Shown here piece after piece: positions 53,101 through 64,000 of a DNA stretch of 64,000 bases. This DNA is from Azolla caroliniana (Eukaryota > Plantae > Polypodiophyta). The DNA lies in assembly GCA_043228905.1 (NCBI GenBank), contig JBHGNT010000006.1:5952001-6016000 (forward strand), written 5' to 3'. Position 1 is the first letter of the stretch; every line of letters starts with the position of its first letter. Below the pieces are notes generated by a model that ran no database searches, was not told the origin of the DNA, and saw only the letters and a program-made list of their open reading frames with translations. Both the position numbers and the translations under genes were made by a program.

Positions 53101-54026
53101 ATATAAACTCATATCAATTAAACATCATATATGTGTTATTGTTTTTAAATGCACGACTTCCGAAGTCCCTATACCTATACCTTTTGGTTTTGTCGTACCA
53201 CATTGTACCGACAACAACAAATCCTTGCATAATAACAAATCCATTGTTTTAGACTTCCTTATTGAATAATTGGGTGCAATTAACTTAAGCATCCCACCAA
53301 AGGATTCATCCATATTCTAATCTTACGAAACATATTAGCCTCGGCTCTTGGTACCATTTGTTGGGAAAATGGGGCATCAAAAATACAATTCACACCCACG
53401 CACAACTACTCCATTCTTGACATCCAATTATGGCACTCCTTATTGGCATTTTCAGCCGCCGAAATGGTTGTTTCCCCCGCCAACCACATAGAGGTTTAAA
53501 ATCTTGTAAATTGTTTATACTAATGACATAATGACAGGATATCTTTAAAAAACAAAAAATAATAATAATAAAATTTCACACCCACGCACAACGACGAGAT
53601 GAAATTGTTTTCTTTTTCCTTAAAGTTTAGCTAATTAAAAATATGGGAATGAAAATACAAAAAATACCCTATTACATTTTCTAACGTATTTTTCTAACGC
53701 TTGTTGTGTTCACTCTCTTTTCTGATTTGCCGCCCTTTTGATTTTGTTTTCTTTTTCAGTTTTTCTTACAGTACCCCTATGTAGTGGTACCCCTATGTAA
53801 TGGCATAAAACATAATAAGTAAAAGTACTGCAAACGGAATGCTAGAAAAGAGCCCCGTTCTAGTGTGGTACTTATAATCTTGATTGGTTTGGTTGGTAAA
53901 CTACAGTAACCATTATGCCAATCATGCATCAATAATATTTGGGTATGAAGTGTTACATAGAATCCATTGATTCAACAAGGTTTGAGAAGAACGACCGAGG
54001 GGATACATGGGAGCTGCTAAATCATC

Positions 54027-54066
<40 letters not shown>

Positions 54067-54612
54067 CATTCCATGTGCATAATGAATGCATAAATGTATA
54101 GTGTACGATATATAAATGTCATTATTTGGTCGGATTGGCCAATACTTCACCTGTAGTCTGTGGTATGGATGCATTTACATAATCGATTTTGACAGGCATG
54201 CAATAAAAGCCAAATTATAGCGAAACAGAGCCATGTAGAATAATAGTTAGTATATATTAGAAGAAGCACTAAGAGCATACAACAAGAGGATTTACCTAAA
54301 AGCGTAGTTCAGCTTTAATTACTAGTAGTACAAGCGCTGTGAAGCAACTTGAGTGTGAGTGGGGGTGAGTGATCATACATTCATTAAGATTCTAACTAAT
54401 TGAAGGTCTCAGTTACTACCGATCTAATTAATTTGTAAGTTTTAAAAGATAGAAGCTAGACTAATTCATGGCAATTACATGGATGCTAAGGCTCTAAGGG
54501 CCAATTGCATTTTCCACTTCTTCTAATTTAGCAGAGTACATGCTAGGCACAACATGGAGATGGATTTGAATTACAACTAAAAAGGTGTATTACACAACAA
54601 GGGGATCATAAT

Positions 54613-57600
54613 TTAGAAGAAGCCAATGGAGCATTTGTTGCAGAGGAATCGTAGGGGTATCGCGTCGGAATCGGCGATCCCCCCGCACCTCGTGTGTTGC
54701 CAGACCTCACACACATCACATGCTATCATCCGCTCCCCGTCATCATCCTGCGCGCCACACGGGCAGTCCACAACCCAGCTATCACTACCGCCTTCGAACC
54801 GAAACTCGTTCATCATCATCACAACATGCTTCTTGACGCGAACCATATCCAAGGCATTAGGGATGGCACCATTGGTACCACTCGAGGTGGTACAGCTCTC
54901 TAGGATCTCATGTTCTAGGCTCGAGGTGCCTCGGATGACAATGTGAGAGCCCGATTCGATGTTCCCGAACAGGAGGTCGTCATCGTCGACACCCGGTAGA
55001 GAAGGGATGGACTCGATCTTGAAGCCACGCATTGCAAAGTAGGTGTCTCGGAATGCCCACTCCGCCTCCCTCTTCAGCTCTCCGACGGTCGCGTGGGGAG
55101 GGAGAACCACCAATTCCGGGGGCGGGTTCGGACGTCTCCTCTTCGTCTTCATTACGGTCCTACTACCCATACCCATACCGTTAACGCTAATGTCATGATC
55201 ACCATCGATATGATTAGGTTTGTAATCTCTGCTATTTATCATTCCTGCACTGCCACTACTTGTAGTAGTCACTCCATTCATATTACCAATCCCAATATTG
55301 TTGGTGATTACTCTTTGGTTAGTAGTATTCATGCTAGACTTGCTCATATTTGATCCACTCATATTGCTTCCACGATGATGATGATGATGATGATCATCAT
55401 CATCATCCACATTCTCCTTGCTCATTCTATCATTGACGCTATTATTGGTTCCGTTTATATTTAGAACCTCATCAATCTCATTACCATCGCCCAGCAGTAC
55501 CTCTAAAACCTCATCAAATAACCCTGCTTCACCATCGCCACCATCACCATCACCATCACCATCACAAGTCCCCATAATTTCTGCTCGATCAGCAGTCGAA
55601 GATCCATTGATCTGAATCAAACCCATCAAATCGGCCGGATCCATCGGATCGCAAACCTCTTCCAATTCCGCATACTCAGCTAACTCCGCGTCTTCTCTCA
55701 ATTCCACAGTGCACATAACTCTCAGCATTTCATCATCATCATCCATACCCCAATCTAGTGTACTGTTACTGTAACTACATTTCCTTGAAACTTCACCCCT
55801 GTAATCCTTCATCATCTGTTTAGTGTCTAGGATAATCCTTGAAGCTGTGGGTATGGCTTTGAGAGCATGAGAGACCTTGGTGGATCTTTTAGCAGGTTTA
55901 TAGCTTTCCAATACATGCCTGTACAGATAACATATATCCTTCTGCACATCCGTTCTTCCGATTTGATACTCCAAGCTTAATAATTCTGTACTCATGTCTG
56001 GCGATCCTTTCGAAGTCCCGTTCTTCTGATGATCTTTCACTTCAGAGAAGTCACAGTTCGTCGACGTGTTGGAACTATTCGACAGTAATATCCCACCTGT
56101 ACTATCGGAGCTTCTAGCCATGGTAGAGCTTAAGTTAGTGTCTTCGAGGCTGTATTCAAGCACTTTGGTGAGAGGATTCACTGCTCTGCGGACTGTATAA
56201 TTCCCCACAGTTCGATTTCCCAACGATTTGAGAACAAAATCGAGAAGACCTGTGTCGCCAATATAAACCCTTGCAGCGTCTCGGACGTCTTGTCTTGGCA
56301 TCCATTTCTTCTCACAATTCTTCAAAGCTTCAACGATCACCTGCGTTGCGAGCTCTAATCGCTTCGTAGACCATCTACAGCTAGGCATGTTAATGTTATC
56401 CAGATATCCTGTAGATGAATTCGAACTGGAAGAATTCGAAGAAGAAGAATTGGAAGAATTCCAAGAAGAAGAAGAATTTAAAGAAGAAGACGAATTCAAC
56501 GAAGAAGAGGAAGAGGCAGACCCAGTAACGTTGTTTTCTTTGCCAGCTCCGTTATTGAATCTACCTGTGGTACTGTTATTACTTCTGCGAAGTTGTTGAT
56601 CTGCAGCATGCCTTGGTTGCAGACGATGGTCTGATTGAGGTCGATTGCCATTAAAGCTGCACTCAAGCTTGGGTAATTTGGCTTTGGTTTCGATCATAAA
56701 ACGGATGAGGTCACCGACAGTCTGCAACGAAGAAGAAGAAGAAGAAGGAGGAGGTGGAGACGAAGAAGACGTGGAAGTGATGAGAGCGAGGCGCTGGTAA
56801 CGAGAGACGATAGTGGCTATGGTGTCTTGATCCGAACCCAAGCCATGGAAGTGCTGAAGCATGACGCTGAGAGGCATGCCTCGGATCGCTTCGATGGCCT
56901 TCCCATATACCTGCTCCGTGATCCCGAAGCTACCATGGCCGAACCTGTATCCCCACCTGCCAAACCACGACTGCCCATAAGCCACACAATGCAGCAGCCG
57001 AAGCTCCAACTCTTTCTTCTTCGTCACGTCCTCCACGCTCACCTTCCTGCCATCCAACGATTCAATTCAATTCCATTCTATTCCATTCAATTGCAAATCC
57101 AAGCCAGTTCAATCAGTTTTTAACCATACTTTTTTAATCCACTCCATTAATATCCCTTCCAATCCAACTCCAGCTTATTTTTTAAATCCATCCCTTTCAA
57201 CTCCGATTCTCTTTATATTCTATCAAATCATTTCTGATCCATCCAACCATTATCTAGCGAAATGCAATATTTGTTGGGTAATACTGATGTTACAGTGTTG
57301 TCGATACAGGACGCCCCCCCCCCTCAACAAACGAGTACTTGTTTGGTAATATGAAAAAGGGTCCTGTCCTTATTTTAGCGGAAGGCTTTGATTCGGCTCC
57401 TCTGGACATTATTCAGATATTCATAACCGCTAAATTATATGATCAGGAAACCGTTTCAGATTAGTGTCACCGATGAAACTATTATTCAAGATTATCTTTT
57501 TATGGATAATTATTTCACAGGATTAAAGGGCCCATTCTTAAGTACTCCAGAACGTCATTAGATATATTTCCTGCAACTGGCAGATGCAAATTACAGTCCT

Positions 57601-58707
57601 CAAGAAAATAATGTATGTCTGAGTTATCTATCATAAGGTATAAATGATTAAATAATCCAGCAGTACGCAGTTCGCTAGCCCATTCTGTCGTAAGGTCTGT
57701 AAGATTTTAGTTTATTAACTAATTAGCACAGTAATTACAGATACATAAATACACGTCTGACTGTACCTTGCACGAAGCATGGCGCATATACGATCCCACA
57801 GGTCCACAATTTCTCTTCCTGATACGTATTCTGATCCATTCTCCCGCCCATTTACACAGAGAAGATGGCCGAAGCCATTGCAATGGAGAACTCCATGGAG
57901 AAGATGAGTCTTGAGGTCGAGTATGCTCTCCGATACAGCTTCCACTGTGCACGATGAACAGCAAGAAGCAGAAGGATGGACGGGTTCATGGCAGATTGGG
58001 CAAACCCTGCCACTGACCTCTGATGCAGATATGGATCCCAGAGGTCTGTCTCCTATCTGTGGCGACGGTATGATGAAATGATATCGCCGATTTGATATCA
58101 GATGGTGGCTCCACCCTGCAGGTTTCACATGGAATTACGTACAAATTACAAACCGTTGCTTTGGCATGACAGGAAGATCAAAACGATAATGAGTCTAAAA
58201 AGACTCTTTAGGGTTTTGCATTAGTGATCCATCGATGACTTCATTTAGAACAAAACTACAATCTTGACAACTTTCAGGGATTCAAACACTCACTGTAGCT
58301 GAATTCAGAATCAGCTATGGAAGGCTGATGACACAGAGAGAGAAAGAGACGGTTAATTGAATCTTACCAATGCAACGGCAGTGGTCGCAGTGTGGATGAA
58401 GAGAATTCTGAATGTCTTCCTCCACGACGAATAGCGGGATATGAACGTCAGGAGCAGAATTCCTGTGTTTCTTCTCTTGCGAATTGGTCTGCAGAAGGAC
58501 ACGCCAGGCGGGTCGACCTTCCACGTCCATGGCTTCCCTCTCCGCCACATCGCTGAGAAAACCTCGTATATTCTCACGGAAGGGGCCATCGCTGTTCCCA
58601 CTGATATGGCATGATCCAATCTCTCCGAAGGTATGGAAACTGAAGAATCGCTCGTGGCTACTGCGTCGACGCTTGCGAGAAGAAGGAACACTTATGATGG
58701 TCTCCAT
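54613..58707 (-). CDS. MMD1: MMD1/DUET - MALE STERILITY 1 family PHD-finger protein, 3 exons, ~1040 aa
   Basis: Exons (-): 58707-58368, 58115-57767, 57046-54613 (3123 nt in frame). Motifs: RKRRR, CDHCRCIGWSHH, LHGVLHCNGFGHLLCVNG, WFGRWGYRFG, RQDVRDAARVYIGDTGLLDFVLK (SWI1/AM1-like), PPPELVVLP, and C-terminal PHD CPCGAQDDDGERMIACDVCEVWQHTRC..FLCNKC. The MMD1 vs MS1 subclade call is tentative. Confidence 0.92.
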
Positions 58708-58806
58708 CAATGGAATAAGTTCAGACGGAATGCTGCAGAGATGGGGGGGTCCTGGCAATGGAGATAGCGATCCTACAGAGTGGCTATGGAGATAAGATAT
58801 TGCAGA

Positions 58807-58811
<5 letters not shown>

Positions 58812-58868
<57 letters not shown>
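58812..58868 (-). repeat. (CT)n microsatellite in the probable 5' UTR of the PHD gene
   Basis: About 28 units, ~105-160 nt upstream of the ATG. Confidence 0.8.
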
Positions 58869-58871
<3 letters not shown>

Positions 58872-59549
58872 GAGTTCGGCTATGGCGGAACCTCAGCTGC
58901 CGTGCCTCGCTCCTCAGACGAAGAGGAAGAAGATACAAAATACATAAATATATTTATATATATAGAAAATGAATTAAATTTTTAAGAAAAACATTTCTAT
59001 TTTTAAAAACTCCTTTTTGCATGAATTTGTTTTCTCTTTAAAATTATTTTTCGAAAAAAAGTGGTTTTTATTTAAGAGTAGTAGTATGATTATTATTATT
59101 ATTCTTCTTCTTCTTCTTGTTTATTAACTGGTTTTATGTGTTTTGTTTTGTTTTAAAAAGAGCTGGGATTTTAAACATTCGAAAATGAAAATGAAAATAA
59201 AACAAATAATTAAGCGATTCGGATTAAAATTAAAAGAGAAGAAAGAGAAAAGGATATGAAGTTGGTGATTAATTATTATCCTCTCCTGCCTCCTCTCGTT
59301 TATTTATTTATTACTATGGTAATGGTGGGTCATTAATATTTTAATTTTAATTTTAATTAATTAATATTAATAATAATGTTATTGTTACCAAGCATCAGAG
59401 CGGCGAAGATGGGCCGGTCTTGTTTTTTAAGCGCGAAATTGATAAAAACAAAAACAAAAACAAAATTCATATTTTTTTAATAATAATATAGGCTCCACAA
59501 ACTGCCTCGTTATTTATCGTTATAATATGTAATGGAATGGCTTGCAGGC

Positions 59550-59830
59550 ATGCATGCATACATACATATGCACATACATAAAGCATCCACACTCCTGATT
59601 ATGTCTATCAGATCCATTATCCTCCAAGCCATACACATACATGATGCTTTCACATACATATGTATAGGCATTCATACACATACATGATGCTTTCACATAT
59701 ATATAGGCATTCATACACATACATCATACATGATGTCTTTACATATGTATAGGCATCCATCCACTCTTTTGGATGTGTGCTTAAATGTCCGTATGTATCC
59801 ATGAAAAAGATCCATGCCTCCATGTATGAC
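59550..59830. repeat. ~40-bp tandem repeat (catacacatacatgatgctttcacata..ataggcat)
   Basis: Three to four degenerate units visible. Confidence 0.75.
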
Positions 59831-60102
59831 CCTAGGGCTTTCATGTATGGATGTCGTGCATACACACATACGTAACATCCAACGTATGGAATGAATAGCC
59901 ATCATCATTATCATCATCCTATGATGTGCTCGAAGCTTGACACGTGGCATGCAAAAACGGTTTTAGTTGTGAACTAACCTCGGCCGTCAACTGCTTCCCC
60001 TACTCGACGCTCTCTACCCTCTCTCTCTACTCTCTCACTACACTCCCTCACTCTCGTTCATCTGCCCTTTGTATTTTTTTCCTCACTCGCTCTTTCACAC
60101 AC

Positions 60103-60136
<34 letters not shown>

Positions 60137-61549
60137 CCCCCCCCCCCCCCCCCCCAGATTATTCTCTAGAAAACTGAACATAAACGTAACTTCTATAGGT
60201 TGTGTGCGTGTAGAGACTCCTCATCTCACCAATCCGTTTCACACACACACACACATGAGCACCACTCATGAAGGGGGGTGGGGAGCTTGAACATTGGGTG
60301 TGAGGTTTTTCTGATTGGGTTACCAATGTCTCATGGTTGTTCATTCGCTTCTTCATAGTCCAATTGTGTCTTGTTGTATGTTCCCGTGGGATTGCTCACT
60401 TCATGCAATAAATGCTTATGTGGTTTCGTGCACACACACGATTGTTGATCAAGCAGAAATTTACCATCAAAATAATTGTATCCATGCATTTTGAGATTAG
60501 TCCAGCTTCGTGACCGTGTATTTTGGTGTAAAGGAATCAAGAAGCCAATAGAATGTTCTTTAACATGATTACATATAACTAGTTGCCTTAGGCCAAAAGC
60601 AAATGAGAGACAACCACAATATTTCACATTCATGTACTAAATTCCATTCCCAAAAGGCAAGGAAACAACCATAAAGTTTTCTTTTAATTCCCCTAATGTT
60701 ATGCCACATGTGCGCGTGTATATTGTAGTCCGCCATACATGTTATAGCACATTCCCTTGTCCATGATCAACATCGTTTTTTCCATACAAGTTACCTCACA
60801 TTTTCAACAATGTATGACTAGTTGCAGCGTGGAGGCACCAGCAAGGGTTGTGAATATTTGTTTGGATAATATTTGTAAATCTTACAATCATACATACTCT
60901 ATTCCACACTCTCCGCCTTCAAACAAATTTAAAATGATTTGGCAACATCATTAAAAAATAAATCTCCGCCAAATTCCAAAATATGGCCACAAAATTAAGC
61001 AAGGTGGATAGATATGGCCAAATATGATTGAACCCACAAGATATATTGATTGTATCCACAAGGTATATGCCAAGGTAATTGAAGAAAGTCACGGTGATGT
61101 GGTTGGAAGGTTAGTAACAAATTGATTAGGGGGTGACATGCATTATGCATAAACTTAACTTATTACAAGGTTTACATCTTAAAAAAGGCAACGAAGCAAG
61201 CTTCTCTATCCATGAATGAGCTAAAAGCTACTGTATGTGTTTGCATGTTAAATGGACATGCATAGAGTTGCAAGTCGGTGTCAACATAGTACATTCTTTT
61301 CGTTTAGCATGTCACATCCATCACATTTGGCAATAACTTCATCAAGTTGGTCTTAAACATGGTTACAATTGGGGGGGGACGGGGGTGCACTCCCCATGGA
61401 GCTATAAAGACCAAGTTGGTGCTAGTATGTAAGATGGACATGCACAAAGTTGCACTTCAACATCATGGTAGTACCATTTTTTTCATTTACCAAGTCACAT
61501 TGATCGCATTTGGCAATAAGCTCATCAAATTGATGCAATAAAGCCTCAG

Positions 61550-61666
61550 GTTATCCCTCAAGTTAATTGCGGAGTAACAATAAAGTTCTAGAATTGGGAG
61601 TAATAAAACAATGGTATTGCACTACTATAGCTTTATTGTCGCTCCAAAATTAACTTGAGGGATAAC
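61550..61666. repeat. Inverted repeat / small foldback element
   Basis: Perfect 19-bp arms gttatccctcaagttaatt / aattaacttgagggataac, extended inward imperfectly by about 20 bp. Confidence 0.75.
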
Positions 61667-62489
61667 GTAAGGGTTTTAGCTTCTAGCTTCCCAAGAGCAC
61701 GCAACTCATAGGTATACCGTATGATTCGTTGCCCTTCAAAAACAATAGTCTAAAGATTAAGATCAATATAATGTAGAAAACATACAATATTAACAAATTA
61801 AATTTCAACAAGAATATACTATCGGAATTCTGAAGCAATCCCCTCTATATGTGGTGACATTACAATGCTTTAGGGGAGTTGCTCCAAGAAACTATCCCAC
61901 TCCTTTTTCTTCAAAATTATAAGCATGCATTTTCTTCCCGTATTTGCTCATGACATAACCTTATTTTCCAATTCAAAATAATTTGAAATGCAAGGTATGT
62001 TTATGAGTAACACATTAGTTAGCTACTAGTAAAAGACACTCTATGTACTAAAGTATGATTAAAATCCTATGACCAAACATGTAAACAATTGTCAACGTCA
62101 AAGCAACACTTACATGTACTTACATCCGGAATTAATCCACCAAGTAGAGAATGCAACAAGCATAATATCTTTTTTTACATTCTCATGATCGGCTCTACTC
62201 AATTTCTTCTACCATGACTATAAAATTCAATAGGTGGTGTATTCCATTGTACGTTGTTGGTTGGTTGAGTTTCACCAAACCTTCAATCAAGTGGTAGTAG
62301 TTCGGAAATTTACTCAATACAATTGTAACCAACACTAGACAAAAGTTTCTTCCTCACGATTAGTGCACATTTCGAAAACCAAGGAAAAATGTTTTCATTT
62401 ATAATATAACTCACTGTGGCTTAACAATAGCTTAGAAGGCAGTTCAAATAATGTCTTTGCTCTTTGAGAAAATTCATGAATAGCTTAGA

Positions 62490-63090
62490 AAGCCTTGTTT
62501 TCCTACCTCTACCGGAGTGAAAATATGGCATTGAACTCAACTCCTACAAATATGGGAAGATTGTTACAATTAGTGTGATCAATTGTTAATTTAATGTGAC
62601 ATTCTTATATTTAACTTTTGTGTTATTGTTGAGCTCAAATCCTTGTTCTCTTACCACTATTGGAGTGAAAATATGGCATTGAACTCAACTCCAATAAAAT
62701 GGCAAGATTGTTACCAATAGTGTAATCAACTATTGATTTAATATGATGTTCTTATATGTAATGTGCATGTTATTTTGATGTGGACTTCACGAAGCAATTT
62801 GGAGGTTTTTGACAAGGATGAGTGATGATGGTGTGGGGGGCGAAGCATAAGCTCATGAGGAGAGGAGAAAATTGACTTAATGTGTTGTTGTATGACAGGA
62901 AGTTGGTGGTAATCGACGAGATGGTTGATGTGGAAAGAGGAAGCATATTGGTTGAGTTGACAATATAATGTATTGGATCACCTTCCAATTTGTGATGTAT
63001 AGGAAGTTGGTAGTAACTAGCGAGATTGTTGATGTGGAAAGAGGAAGCATATTTGTTGAGTTGACAATATAATGTATTAGATCACCTTCA
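62490..63090. repeat. Two adjacent tandem duplications (~148 bp and ~105 bp)
   Basis: ggagtgaaaatatggcattgaactcaactcc occurs twice; gatgtggaaagaggaagcatatt..gttgagttgacaatataatgtatt occurs twice. Confidence 0.8.
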
Positions 63091-64000
63091 AATCTGCAAT
63101 AGACAGGCATGGGATACATTGTTATCTACCTTGAAAGTTTCTAGTAGCATTGGGGGTTTTTTTGGATAAAGATTATGTTGTACAGGAGCAAGTTGAAGAA
63201 GTATTGAAAGGTTCATAACTATGACATGCGAGGGCTTGTTTCTGAATATAAGTACTTTGGTTGTTGTCTATGGATATGATACCTTGCATTGTGTCTAAGG
63301 AATAGCTTACAATTAATGGATTATTTTCTCTATTTTGGATTTGTTTCTTCAACCATTGTCTTTCATAAGACGGGCTTGGGGGAAAAAACTTTGTATGTTG
63401 TAGCTGTTATGACCCTTTTTATACAACTAATGGAAGGATATTTGTTTTGGAAAAAATTTGCATGTTATTACCAAGCTCGAATTTACAATGATGTATTCAA
63501 ATTATTGAATGGTGTTTTGCAATGTGGTAGTTGAAATCTATGAATTTAACCACTAGCGTTCTAGTTTAGCAATTTGGGATTACAACTATCTTGATTATTT
63601 TCTTTAATAATGCCCAATTATGTTCATATTCAACACACTTTTACTTGCATCATTTTACCTTGCCAATCACAACAACTAAACTTGAAAAAAAAACTATGAG
63701 TTTTGATGTAATTAGCAAAATGTTGCACTCTTACTCTATTAAACAAAGGTGTATAGTCAGCTTTACTACTTAACACATGTTGCCTTTAAAAGAACGTTGT
63801 ATCAATTAAACCCTTTAGTTCACAATATTATAACCTAACCTTTGATATTATTCCTTCAAACATTAACCAATATCATTGTACCCTTTTTATGTTTTGAATG
63901 GTGCTAACGCATTCCTAACACCGCGTAAAAGAGTATGGGTACGGTGAGGAAGGTTGTTTTAAGGTGTGTTTATGCCAAGATATAAGAGGTCATATTCTTA

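Larger units (their letters stand above)
41020..53700 (-). mobile_element. Old Tnt1/Tork-like Ty1/copia remnant, split by the Copia at 41093-50592
   Basis: PBS-like tggtaccaagagcc at ~53356-53343. Gag MDESFGGMLKLIAPNYS; GAG-pre-integrase/integrase GHMSPKGL..CVDCL..KQHR and FIDDFS; RT WVYKLK..YKARLVVKGF. RT resumes left of the insertion as KSLYNLKHAPKLWY (41092-41050). Heavily disabled. Confidence 0.8.

Noticed and set aside
56387-56599. Poly-Glu ORF on the + strand
   Set aside because: It is the antisense reading of the Ser-rich tract of the PHD gene.
58708-58938. N-terminal extension of the PHD gene from the ORF track (58315-58938)
   Set aside because: It has a non-ATG start and runs through a (CT)n tract; the ATG at 58707 precedes the conserved RKRRR motif.

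Overview
AT-rich, intron-rich land-plant nuclear DNA. A non-seed plant such as a fern is my inference from TE style and gene structure, not something the sequence proves. I spliced four host genes by hand with GT-AG introns and consistent phases: TOP6B (+, 19 exons, ~668 aa), an AIM24-domain gene (-, 11 exons, ~281 aa), DIS3L2/SOV (+, 7 exons, ~1235 aa) and an MMD1/MS1-family PHD gene (-, 3 exons, ~1040 aa). Introns and intergenic DNA hold degraded LINEs, two related solo LTRs with TSDs, hAT-type MITEs and local duplications. The region 38.5-53.7 kb is a retrotransposon nest: an old Tork-like Copia remnant is split by a full-length, disabled Copia, and that Copia's 5' LTR is split by a very young Gag-only LTR element. 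This inner element is the most unusual feature. It has a perfect tRNA-Trp PBS, a 4-bp TSD, no pol, and a tRNA-like Pol III A-box/B-box module in both LTRs, analogous to the 5S module of Cassandra elements. No database searches were run; family assignments rest on motifs I recognise.
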